This document shows positions 36,151 through 48,879 of a stretch of DNA of 64,000 bases, piece after piece. Position numbers and translations under genes: made by a program. The stretch is from contig NC_057750.1 of assembly GCF_004010195.1 (NCBI RefSeq), forward strand, positions 19,415,366 through 19,479,365. Direction: 5' to 3'. How positions within the stretch are numbered: position 1 is the first letter of the stretch; every line of letters begins with the position of its first letter. The notes beneath the pieces are model-generated. The model saw only the letters and a list, made by a program, of their open reading frames with translations. It was not told the origin of the DNA and did not search any database. The stretch comes from Chiloscyllium plagiosum (taxonomy: Eukaryota).

Positions 36151-39100
36151 CCCTTGTTGTGATCTTGGATTCTTCGTCCTGAACCCAGGACTCTAAAGCA
36201 ATAAACAAATGTGAACACTGGGTAGCTCTGCCTAAATTAAAACAATTTGTTGGATTTTGTTTTTACTTTTTAACTGAATTGCTTCAGTAAAATGTTCTCA
36301 CTTTTTTAAAAGTGTGTGATTGATCATATGAGGTGTCTACTAACACGCCATTCCCACCGTTGGGAATTGTTACCTGATCACTGCCACTCAGCTCAGTGGG
36401 TGGGCAAGGACAAGTATCTCAACCTGTGACAGAACTCCACACTGGCCTTCTCTATCACCAGAAGGTACCAGTCAAATCAGAGGCTGGCAGCTTCTGGGTC
36501 CATAGACTACCCATCAAACCTCACTCCCTGTATTCAGGTCAGGATGGTAGCTTTTTTCCTCCTTTGGTCATATAGGGTGAGACCATGGGACGAGGAGATT
36601 AGAGGCAACAGGTAGCTTTCAGTGACCATCCCCTCACCCACCAAACACTCCTCCTATATTTGGGCCTCCCCCTGCCCCAGATTGGTAAAATTCCTGAGGA
36701 CTCTCACAGTCTTCAGACAGGTCATTTTTCATTGGGGATATGGTCGGTTGGTACCCTTAAGTGGCCATTAATTGACCATTTAATGGTTTTAATTGTGAGC
36801 ACATCTCTCAGTGCCCCTCACCAAGCAACTCATTGCGGAGACAGAGAAATCATGGAGCAAATTAATTCTGGAGTGATACTTAGCCCTCCTTGCCAACCCT
36901 CTCACCACAACCATGGCGGGGAAAATTGTGATCTTTATAAGATTTCAAACTTTTAAAATTTCTTTTTCAACTGTTCCACTCCCCCACCCTTTCCATTGCA
37001 AATGAACAGTTGAGTCTGATATGTATGGTAAGCTTTCAAACATTGGTGAGTGACTCATGTTTTGGTTTCTCGCACAAATCGTTTAAGGAAGTTTGTGTTT
37101 AAAAAAAGGGCACTTTCATTTCTACACCACTTAGACAGACAGCGCAAGACAGCACAAAATCCTTTTCAGAATTACGGCAAAAGCAGTCATTGTTGGAATG
37201 TAGCAGACAGTTTGTGTACAGTGAGATCCTGCAATAGTATTATAATGAGTGGCTAATCCACTTTGGTGGTGTTTCTAGGTGGAATAATTTTGACTAGAGA
37301 TTTCCCGTTGTTCTTTGAACTACAACCAAACATCCTTTAAATCCATTTGTTTGGATTTAACATCTTGTTCAAAACATTTTCTGTCTCAATACAATATTCC
37401 ATCAGAATGCTGCTGGAGTGAGGGTCAGTCTAGACATACGAATCATGTTTCTGCAGTGGGACTTGAAACCATGGTCTATGGAATCTGAGGAGAAAGGCAG
37501 CAACGGAGAGCCATGAGGAGGGAGTCACAATTCTCCTCCAGGCGCTACTGAGTTTGGCAGGAGACCCAGATTCTTGTGGGCCAAAGTTATGCCCAACACA
37601 TTGGTAACCCCTTCAGCCCCTTCCCAAACTAGCTTATGTTACGGTGTTGCTGAGGTTGTATAAGATGTAATTTAATTTGATCGCATCCCAAAATATTGAA
37701 TTACGTTTTGGAAAGTAGCCTTGAGTTTCCTCAGTAATTATGCTCAATGATGCTCAATCTGATGCCATCAATCAGTTGGCATAAAAAGGCACTTTTGGCA
37801 GAAGGGAGTGATGACTACCATTGGTGACTTATCGTAATGTTTTAAGGGTTTTCTTTTCAAATATTTATATTCACAGACATATGTTTCTTTGAGTGTATTT
37901 TTATGGCATCATTACAACTCATTTTAAAAATTGAACAGTTATCCTCAGTTTTAAAAACAGTGTAGAAGTTATGTGGAAATCAGTTGAGACTTGAGGTTTC
38001 CTCACTATTTGACTTTTGGCAGAATAAAAATATTTTCGGGTGAATACCAGGTCATCAGCTGTGGCACTGGTCATCATTAGACTCTGGGCAGCATTTCCAT
38101 ATGCTCACTTAGTCCCAGCAGTCTCCTCCTTCTCCCTCCCCCCCAGCTCCTATTCTTTCGTTTGAAAGGATGAACAGGAGAGAAACCAACCTCATACTCA
38201 CATGAGAACGAGTCCCGAAGCCCTGTTGCTCCAATTCAATTTTAAAGCAATATTCCTGAAATACTCTCCGCCTCTTCCTCTAACTATCTCATTTCTCTTT
38301 CTAACATCAGCTCAGTGACGCCACCATCCTAGTCTGTTCTGATAAGATAGACATAACTGTATATCCTGCATCCTGTAGCTGCAGCTATGACACTCAGCTA
38401 TCTGAAGGAAGTACTAACAGTTGACTGGATTTCTTTCAATATTTCAAACCTTTTCATTTTGCATCTTTACAAACTTCCGAATGGGATGGAAAAATAAGTA
38501 CATTTCCACAATCTGCCCTCCTAATTGAACTTAGCGTTGTGATGATGGAGAGTAGCAAAACCCATACTGGAACATGAGTTTTTGCCTGGCCTGTGCCACT
38601 AGGCAAACCCATGCAGGTTTTATCTTTATTGTGTGTGTTTTCATTTGTTTCAGAGTTCAATACAGCTTAGTTAGAAGAAAGAGAGAAATTACTTAATTTC
38701 TGAGAGCCTTTCACGGTCTCAGGATGTCCCAAGTGCGACACAGCCGGTTGTCTAAGTATCATTGAAGACCCAAGAGGGATCATGGTAGTAAACCAGCATA
38801 TTCCATGGACAGGGAATGTGGAGTGCGATTCAATTTCAGGATATTGCTGTTTGCTCTGGAACAGCCTCATGTTCAAGGAGAAAGATAGGCTGACAATGGA
38901 ACTGGTCCGAACTGCAAAACTCAGAAAATAATTTGAAGTTAACTGAGCACATCAAACAGGTTGACAGCATGTATTCTGGGAGACTGCAATATTCTCAGCA
39001 AATGTGGCTGGGTAGCACCATTACTGACCCAAATCGTAAAGCATGCAGCTGTTAGATTGACTGGGTCTGCCCAAGGGAAAAACCAACTCACAAATCTTAC

Positions 39101-39772
39101 TATCATGGACAGATGCATTTTTGAAGGATCAGTAGATATGACCGCCACTCAGTCCTTTATGTGAATAAAGTCCCATCATCCCATTGAGAATACCCTCCAT
39201 CACGTTTTATGTTGCTATCACTGTATGAAATGGGGACAAATTTCAAACCGATTTGGCAGCTCAAGACTCAGTATCTATTGAGGCACTGCAGGCCATCAGC
39301 AGCAGCAGAAATACATTTCAACCCATTTTGCAACCTTATGGCTCAGCATATCCTCTATTCTGTCACAAGAATCAAGTTAGGGAATCAATTGTGGTTCAGT
39401 GAAGAGTGGAAGAGGACATGCACAGAGCAGCACCAGGCAGAGCTAAACATTAGGTGCTCACCTGCTAACAATACAGAACTCCATGCATACCAAATATTAG
39501 AAGCAGCTAGTGATAGAGCTTAGCCATTCCACAATCAACCAATCTGATAGTCCCGCCATATCCAGTTGAGAGTTGTGGTGGACATCACTATAATTATTGG
39601 AAGAAGAGGAGCTCCATAAATGTCCTTGTGAGTAAGAGTGGATGCCAGATGCTTGTACAGCATCCAAGCCTCCTGATATACCTGGGAGGTTTCAAAAAAC
39701 AAACGACTCTTCTGCTGTTATTTGTAACCCCCAGCAACTGTCTGGAACTTTGTGTGGCCATTATTGTCTTGA

Positions 39773-40617
39773 GAAAGACAGAAATTGCTGGAGAAGCTCA
39801 ACAGGTCTGGCAGAATCTGTGGAAAAAAAACAGGAGTTAACATTTCAGGACCTTTCTTCAGAACTGATGGTAGTTAGGAAAACGAGATATACTGCGGGGG
39901 GGGGGGGGCACAGAATACAATGACCCTGAACTTCCACTTGCCTGCCACCCCATGTTTCCTGGCCAATATCTCTGTCTCAGACCTGCTGTAGTGTCCTAGC
40001 AACACTCAGTGCAAGCTGCAAGAACAGCATCACATTTCTCACTCAGGACCCCTGCAACCTTCTAGACTCAATGTCGAGTTCAATAATTTTAGGGCCTGAA
40101 CACCACCTATGTCCTTTATCCACCCCACATGCAGACTCTTGTCATCACATGGGCTGCTTTCAATGGAGCCAATCCATTTTCACCTCCACGTTGTCCCCAT
40201 TATCAGTTTTTCTTCTGCTCTGTCAGATTATCAACCATCCCTTTGTATACCTAACTTACTTTCTGTCCCTTTGGGCACAGCCAACCTATTTTCACCGACA
40301 GATGGTCCCCATTAGCAAGTTTTCTCCTTCCCTGGCTCACTATTAGCCACTCCTTTGCCTGCCTGACTGTCTTTCTCTCCCTCTGGACTCCACGTCTCGT
40401 GTACTGCTTTACCACTCTCCCACTCCCCCCATTTCCCACCCACTATCTTCAGTACAGACACCTCATTTTTCTAGCTAGCATCAGGTCTGAAGAAGGGTCA
40501 CTGGACCAGAAACATTAACTTTCCTTTCTCTCCATAAATGCTGCCAGATTTTACTGAGTTTCTCCAATTTCAGTTTTTGTTTCCAATTTCCAGCAGTTGT
40601 AGTTCTTTGTTTTATTC
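39773..40617 (+). mobile_element. 5'-truncated Penelope-like element (family C): inverted pLTR, GIY-YIG C-terminus, pLTR
   Basis: Inverted 5' arm gaaattgctggagaagctcaacaggtctggcag; coding remnant KLQEQHHISHSGPLQPSRLNVEFNNFRA*; decayed hammerhead CTGAAGA-A-GGGTC..GACC.GAAA at 40487-40512; TSD tattgtcttga (39762-39772) / tactgtcttga (40618-40628). Confidence 0.82.
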
Positions 40618-40819
40618 TACTGTCTTGAAGAGCCTTGGGATGTCTTACCACAATAAAGGCTATATATATAGTGTGCATGCACATATTTATCTTGAAATGT
40701 TGCCAAATCCATTATATAGTCCTTATAACTCTCATATGATGGGACTCTCATCTGGCTTTTTTTTGTTCCTTGATGGGATGAGGGTGTCGCTGGCCAGGCA
40801 GCATTTATCTCCCAACCCT

Positions 40820-41131
40820 AGATTAGATTAGATTAGATTACTTACAGTGTGGAAACAGGCCCTTCGGCCCAACAAGTCCACACCGACCCGCCGAAGCGTA
40901 TACCACCCAGACCCATACTCCTACACTTACCCCTTCACCTAACACTACGGACAATTTAGCATGGTCAATTCACCTAACCTGCACATTTTTGGATTGTGGG
41001 AGGAAACCGGAGCACCCGGAGGAAATCCACGCAGACACGGGGAGAATGTGCAAACTCCACACTGAGAGTCGCCTGAGGGGGGAATTGAACCCGGGTCTCT
41101 GGCGCAGTGAGGCAGCAGTGCTAACCACTGC
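40820..41131 (-). mobile_element. HE1 / V-SINE, young, slightly 5'-truncated
   Basis: (agatt)n tail; sequence closely matches the reverse complement of 4831-5157; nested in an older SINE. Confidence 0.88.
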
Positions 41132-42639
41132 CCAGAAGGCAGTTAAGAGTCAACTAAATGACTGTGGGTCCGGAAGCACATGTAAGCCAGGCCAGGTAAA
41201 GATGGCAGTTTCTTTCCCTTCGGACATTGGTGAACCAGTTGTTTTTTTTCTGACAACCGATTCATGGTCATCAATAGATTCTTAATTCCAGATATTTATT
41301 GAATTCAAGTTCCACCATCTGCCATGGCAGGATTCAACAGATCCCCAGAACATTAGCTGGGTTAACAGTCCAGCAACAACTAAGTCATCGCCCCTCCTCA
41401 AATGGTCCTGACTTTAATGTTGGCCTGTTTTGGTTATTGAGGGGAATTGCAAATTTCTGGACTTCATTCAAGCCTTAGCCGATTTACATCGGTCAAGGAA
41501 TAGGTGAGATGCATAGCCCAGAATTAGTTTGCGACACCAGATATGGCCTAGGATCATGTTTTGGAAAGTTGGAGCAGAAGGCAAGCTGGGCAACAGCTTT
41601 CCTCATTGAGTCTTGTTGGGATCAGAGGACCATTCTTATTTTTCTCCATGGTCACTTTGAAAAGTCTTCAATAAAAACTCTTGACTCTTCGTCCAGCTGT
41701 CTTCATCTTGCCCAGAAGTGACACAGGCCTTCCTAATAGATCGTGTCATGCAAGTTCAACCTGCATATGTATCGAAGCACTTGTTGACATTGAACGGGGT
41801 TCCTTGTGCTCAGTTCTTGCAGCGTTTTACCAGGTTTGTCACTGGGGCGATGTTAACTGCTCACTTGACTGGCTTCTGCGAGGCAGTTAGCAATACAACA
41901 TGTTGATGGTCGGTGGTCTAAACACAATTCAGTATTAATTGCTCAGAATATAAAAAGTATTTTTTTAAAAAAATCATACAGGCATTTTGCTATATTAAAT
42001 TTTAGTCTGGAACATTCTTATTTTTCTAAGAAAATGTAAAGGATAAGCCCTGGGTTATTTTCAAAAGCATAAAGCCAATCACAAACTCATTGGATTGTTT
42101 CAATTTTTTGACAGTTGCATTTGACATGAAATTTGCACACAAACATGGGGAAAGAGTACAAGTATATGCCAGGAGAAATTAGTCCCTAATCTTTGCAGTG
42201 GGAATGCTAATTCTTTGTGCTAATGTCACTGATCCAGATGCCCAGCCCAATAGTCTGGGGACTTGGTTTAAATCCAAGCAAGACAGTTTGTGGAATTTAA
42301 ATTCAATTCCTCACCTGCTCTGACTTGGACAAAACATTCTTTTTAACTCTCACTTCTTTGGATCCTTCTTCTCTCATCTGAAACATGATCCTGATTCCAG
42401 GAATGTGGTTGACTCTTGACTGTTCTCTGAACGCCCTGTTTGGAGAATAAACATACAAAAAGATATATGGGTAGTTCGATCCAGCAGATTAGTGGGCGGT
42501 AATGAGAAATGACTGAGGAAGATTCTGAGAAAAGTCAGCTTAGTCATCACAGCTGAGGAGGGAACCACAATGGACCTGGTGCTCAACAAAAGGAAGAGAA
42601 TCCAGCAGAAGGCAGGAGTGAGCTGTGATTGAGGAAGAT

Positions 42640-45600
42640 TCTGGAACAGTCTTTCCTTCCTACTGGCAGAGATTAAAATAAAAGGAAAGCTCCGTTAGGA
42701 GCAACCATTTTTGGGCAGAGGGGCAGATTGCTGTGAGTGGGGACATTGAGCATTAGGTTTCACTGAGAGGTGGAGAGGGGCGTTGAGGTGCGGCAATGTA
42801 CGGTCTTTCCTTTCCTTTAATCCAGTAGTTACTCGAGGTAGTAATAGCAGTTAGTGGGGTATACATGCTCCTCCTGTGAGATGTGGGAGATTAGGGAGAA
42901 GCCAAATGTCCCTGACTACTTGTCTGTAGGAAGTGTGTCCCCCTGTAGCTCCTGCCAAACTACAGAGATTGGTTGGACGCAGTGAGGTGCATACAGGAGG
43001 CAGCAAGTATTAGGGGTAGGAGTATCAGGGATGTGGTCACATCAAAGCTTCAGCCAGTTGATAGGTGACCAAGTGTATGGAAAGGCAGGCAGTGCATGAG
43101 GGCTATTTCCCTCTCAAATAAGTATACCATTTTAAATACTGTTATGGAGATAATGGTCTTTCAGGAAAACAACAGTAGAAGCCAGAGTAGTGGCACCACA
43201 ATTATCTCAGTTGTAAAGTGGGTGGGAGTGGGTACCGTTGAAGTGTCAGAGACGAATAGTGATAGTGGATTTTATACTACAGATAGGCATCTCAGTGGCC
43301 ACAAGAGAAACTCCAGGGCAGTATGCTGTCTCCCTGGTCCCAGGATCAAGAGGATGTGTTTGATGGGCACAGGATGCCTTGAAAGGAAATGGTGAGCAGC
43401 TAGAGGTCATACCACATATTGGTACTAATGACTTGGGCAAGATGGGAAATAGGGTCCTGCAAACAGAATTTAAGGAGTTAGGTAGAAAGATGAAAAGGAG
43501 GACCTCTAGAGTTGTAATCTCAGATTCCTCCCTGGACTACGTGCTAGTAAGGCCAGAAATAGGAAGATCATACAGCTGAATGCATGGCGAAAGAGATCGT
43601 GTAGAGTTATAGAGATATTCAGCACGGACACGGACCCTTTGGTCCAACTCGTCCACACCGACCAGATATCCAAACTTAATCTAGTCCCACCTGCCAATGC
43701 TTGGCTCGTATCCCTTTAAACCCTTCCTATTCATATACCCATCCAAATGCCTCTTAAATGGTGCAATTGTACCAGCCTCCACCACTTCCTCTAGCAGCTC
43801 ATTCCATACACGTACCACCCTCTTGCAAAAAAGTTGCCCCTTAGGTCCCTTTTATATCTTTCCCCTCTCACCCTAAACCTAGGTCCTCTAGTTCTGGACT
43901 CTACCATCCCAGGGAAAAGACTTTTGTCTATTTCTCCTAACCATGCCCCTCCTGATTTTAAAAACCTCTATTAAGGTCACCCCTCAGCCTCTGACACTCC
44001 AGGGAAAACAGCCCCAGCCTATTCAGCCTCTCCCTATAACTCAAATCCTCCAACCCTGGCATTATCCTTGTAAGTGTTTTCTGAACCCTTTGAAGTTTGA
44101 AAACATCCTTCTTATAGAAAGGAGACCAGAATTGTAAGGAATATTCCAAAAGTGGCCTAACCAATATCCTGTACAACAGCAGAGGGCTTCAGATATCTGG
44201 ATCATTGGGATTTTTTCCAGGGCAGGTGGGACTTGTACAAGAAGGACAGATTGCAGCTACATTGGAGGAACACCAATATCCTTCCAGGAATTTTGCTAGT
44301 GCCACTCTGAAGAGTTTAAACTAGCGTGTCAGGAAATAGGCGCCCGAACAGTCGGTCAGCGTTTGGAATGATTGAGAAGGTAGAAGTTAAATCAAGTAAG
44401 TCTAATAGGAAGAACAGGGAGGGCCAAGTTAATGAATACAGTGAGACTAACAGTCTGAACTGTATTTATTTTAATGCTAGGAGTATAATGGATATGGCAG
44501 ATAACCTTTGAACCTGGATTAGTAATGGGAATATGATGTTGTTGTCATGACAGAAACTTGGTTGAGAGTAGGCCAGGGCTGGCAGCTCAACATTCCAAGG
44601 TTTAAATGTTCCAGGCCTGGGATGTAAGAGGGATTGGCGATTTGCACAGATGATGAAGGAAAATGTTACAACTGCACTATGAGGCGATATCTTGGAGGCT
44701 CATCCAATAAGGCAATATGGGTGGAGTTCTGGAATAAAATGAAATCACAGTGATGGGGTTACATAGGTCTCCCATTAGTCAATGGGAGAAAGAGGAACAG
44801 ATATGTAGGCAAACCATGAAAAGATATAAAAATAACAGCCTCTTTGTTCTGGGTGATTTTAACTCCCCCAATATTGACTGAGACTCCCTTACTGTCAGAG
44901 GCCAAAATGCAGTAGAATTTGTTCAGTGCAGGTTCCCTCATGATAGGCTGGTCCAGAACATTAAGTCTACAGTGAGATCTACAGTCAGATCGTAAATTAC
45001 ATATTGATTTGGTCATAGAAGGTAGTTGTGGCAGGTTATTTTTCTGACTGAATTGGCCTGGACAGAGTGGATGTTGGGAAGATGTTTCCATTGGCAGGAA
45101 AGACAAAGAGCCAAGGGCACAGCCTTAGAGTAAAGGGAAGACCCTTTAGAACGGAGATAAGGAGAAATTTCTTCAGTCAGAGAGTGGTGAATCTGTGGAA
45201 TTCAGTGCCACAGAAGGCTGTAAAGGCCAGGTCATTGAGTATATTTAAAACAGAGATAGAAAAGTTCTTGACTGCTAAATGGATCAAAGGTTATGGGGAG
45301 AAAGTGGGAAAATGGGGTTGAAAAACCTATCAGCCATGATGGATGGCAAAGCAGACTCGATGGGTTGAATGGTCTAATTTCTGCTCCTGTGTCTTACAGG
45401 GGAAAGTTTAAAGGAGATGTACAAGGCAAGTTGTTTTACACAGTGGGTGGTGCCTGAAACGCACAGTCAAGGGAAGTAGTAGAAGCAGAAACCATAGCAA
45501 TGGACTGGAGATCTGTGAACAGTGGTCACTGCTGGGACTTTTGCTGTTTATAATCCATAGAAATTATTTGGATGAGAACGTAGATGGTCTGATTAGTAAA

Positions 45601-46430
45601 TTTGCAGACAATATGAAAATTGGTGCATCTGTGGATAGCAAAGGATACAACAGTATACAGATCTGTAGAAAAGTTTGATGGGGAAATGGTAGATAGCATT
45701 TAATCTGGGCAAGTGTGAGGTGATGCATTTTGACAGGTTGAATGCAAGGGGAAAGTATACAATAAATGGCAGGACTCTAGGAACTTTGATTAAAATGGGG
45801 AAATTTGGGTGCAAGTCCATAGCTTCCAGAAAGTGGCAACACAACTGGATAAGGGTGATAAAGAAGGCATTTGGCATACTTGCCTTCATCAGTCGGGGCA
45901 CTCAGTATTAAAGTTGGCAAGTCACATTGCAGTTGGAAAAGACTTTGGTCAAGCCATATCGGAGGACTGTGCCCAGTTCTGATCGCAACTCTATTTGAAG
46001 GATGTAGAGGTTTTGGAGCTGGCACAAAGAGGTTTACCAGGATGTAGCCTGGATTGGAGTGTATTAGCTATAGGGAGAGATTGGATAAATTTGTTGGATT
46101 GTTTTCACAAGTGTCGGAGGCTGAGGGATGACCTGAAGAGGTACACAAAATTATGAGAGGCGTGTAGAGGATGGAAATATCAATACGAGGACGGCACTTG
46201 TTTGAGGTGACAGGGGAAAGTTTAAAGGAGATGTACAAGGCAAGTTGTTTTACACAGTGGGTGGTGCCTGAAACGCACAGTCAAGGGAAGTAGTGGAAGC
46301 AGAAACCATAGCAATGTTTAAGAGATATTTAGACAGACACCTGAACAGGCAGGGAATAGAGGATATGAGGCATGCACAGGCAGATGGGATTAGTTTAGAA
46401 TGGCATCATGGTCAGCACAGACATGGTCCA
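42640..46430 (+). mobile_element. Old near-full-length CR1 LINE (5'UTR, ORF1, internally deleted ORF2, 3'UTR) with nested CR1 pieces (~43600-44175 minus; 45051-45395 plus)
   Basis: CSSCEMWE zinc-finger remnant (~42866), esterase HIGTNDLG, LNCIYFNARSI endonuclease start, RT and 3'UTR motifs. Confidence 0.8.
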
Positions 46431-47270
46431 ATAAAGCATTTGTTATCTTAGTTGGCAAGTAACCTCAGGGCTGTGCTAATTCTTCACAGAATAAGAATTT
46501 CAATTCCATCATAGCAATTGGAATGTATTTTAAAAATAATTCTGGTATAAGTGACAATGAAACAGTTCTTAGATTCTTTGGTGACAGCTCAGAAACAGGC
46601 TTTCTGTGCCACAACCACTTGACTCTTTCTCTGAATCTTTGCAATTTCGATTCCCCTTCATTTTTGTTTCAAAAGTCATAATTGAATCTGCCTCCTATAT
46701 ACTTTGGCAGTATATTCCAGATCATAGTCACTTGCTGCTTCAATTGATTTTCCTTAAGTAAGTGTTATACTTTTTATTATCCTCGAATTGATATACTCTG
46801 CGACATTTCTACCAATTCACTCCCAATTCTACCTAGCTTACTCACAATGGTGAGACTTCCTCTCAACTTTCTCATTTCTGATCAGATCAGATCTGATCAG
46901 ACCCCACCGAACGTTTTCAACCCTTAACCGATTGCCAGAAGTGTTTTTCTGAGTTTTGCCAGAAGTCTTCACATTCTTGCTGAATTAGTGCCCAGAAACA
47001 GACAAATTATTCCATTGGAGTTTGTAACAGTGTTTACAAAGTGCTTTCTGATCATTTTCTCACTGTGACTCTGTTTTGAGCTTGACAACTGTGAGACCCC
47101 TACCGTTGCCACCCCCAATGAGAGCTGAGAGGTGGGATCCTGTTAGAGCAGGAACAAGGCTGTTATAATTCGAGTTCCTTGGTGGCGATTACTGCCTCAG
47201 ATTTTGCAACTTCCAAATTTCAGCTTGTAACCCTGCTGGGAGTGCTGACTCCACCTTTGGGACGTCCTGT

Positions 47271-47875
47271 TGTTAGAAACAAGTTTAATAAAATTTAGAC
47301 GAGACCACCAAAACTGGAAACAAGACAATTTATTCCACGATCTTGCAAGAAAGGGCATCAAATGCAGAAGTAAATGAGCAAATTAGAACTTAGGTTAGTG
47401 TACAGTTATACCCTTTGAGCTGAGTGAGGTCATCTCTCCAGACTCCTAATTACCCAATCTCTCTTACTGTACCAGACCACTGCCCAGCTGTGCTCCATCC
47501 TTATTACTTGCCCCTTCCCCAGGTTGGCAACCTTCCTTTCTGTAAATGCTGACACATACATTTATTTTGTCAAGATCTGGTTTAACATTTTGTATCAAAT
47601 CTGCTGGTACATTCCATCCTCGGACATTTCATTAACTTGTATTATTTTGTATAGCTCAAGCATTTCGGTTATCTCAGCTTTTTGCTGAAAGCATAATTTT
47701 ACAAAAAGAACTTTTTGTGAGAGTAATTACACACCAAAGTTAGTATTTAATTAACCACAATTATACACTGAAAAGTCCCTAAATACCTGCAGGGTTAATA
47801 GTTCTCTTGCTGTACCCCTTTTCTGTATGCTTTTTCTATATCTGCAAAAACAAACACTTTACCCCATTTCTAACA
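47271..47875 (-). mobile_element. Solo LTR, 605 bp
   Basis: TG...CA ends with 9-bp inverted termini tgttagaaa / tttctaaca; 4-bp TSD ctgt (47267-70 / 47876-79); AATAAA on the - strand near 47330. Confidence 0.8.
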
Positions 47876-48879
47876 CTGTTACAGACCCATCCAGTTCAAA
47901 AAGGTGCTTTGGGAAAGATAGCCTGTCATCTGACCCAGTCTGTCTTGTGATTCTAACTCCTCAAACATGCTTCATACTGTATTGCTCTCTTGCCTAGCGA
48001 GCCACTCAACTTGATTAAATTGTAACCTGTGGTTCTAGGAGAAGGCTCACCATATTCTCCTTGCAAACAAGAATGCAAAAAAAATGGACCTTAACAACAC
48101 TGCCCACTGCAGAGGTGCACACTGGAGCTACTGGAAGTTACTGAGATAAGGAGGGTTATAGGGATTGAAGAAAATACAGAGTTTGTGAGGATGGTAGGGA
48201 CTGGAAGAGGTTAGAGAGATAGCAATGAGGCTACAAAAGTATTTGAACATGAACAGCAAAGTTCCAAAGCTTCATGCAAAGTGCAGCTAAGCAAACAAGA
48301 GCTGTGTAAGTGACACTGACTGGAGCACATTCATGTTCTTTTTCAATGGGGAAAGACTGAAATGGGTGTGGTAAGCGTTCTACATGTTATTTTTAATTTT
48401 GGCCAATGGCCCAACAATCCAGAACCACAGTGCTCCTTCAATTGAGAAGTCAGAGTTTGGTTCTTTTGGAGCAGGAATGAATAAGAGCAGTGCAGGAAAC
48501 TGAGGCAGGTTGTCCCCTGCCAAGCCCACACATTGGCAGCGGAAGCTGGCTGAAATTCAGGAAAATCCAACACATCCACAGGACCAAAGCACAAGCCAAG
48601 TGTTGAATAAAGCCTGTGTTACTTCACAAAGAAATGAGGTGAAGCATTATTTGTAACCATTTCAACCTTCAGCCCTGAATCCAAAACAAAATCAGATACA
48701 AACTCAGAGGTGATGGTCTCGAATTGACCACTTAACCATCTCCATATCTAATTCCAGCTTGCTAAATCTCCAACTTGCCAAATCTAACTGGACTAATTCC
48801 TAGAGACTTGCCTCAGCCTGTCAAACTTCTTTGTTCCTTGAAGAGCATAGAACATAGAACAATACAGCACAGAACAGGC

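Noticed and set aside
41470..41918. Minus-strand terminal exon after 'tgtgtttag|'
   Set aside because: All three frames stop within ~22 codons and no recognisable protein results.
42860..42950. Host zinc-finger gene
   Set aside because: The Cys motif belongs to CR1 ORF1, followed by esterase and endonuclease remnants with frameshifts.
46877..46901. 25-bp palindrome tctgatcagatc-a-gatctgatcaga
   Set aside because: Short and built from a (gatca) micro-repeat; most likely a slippage or repair scar, with no further support.
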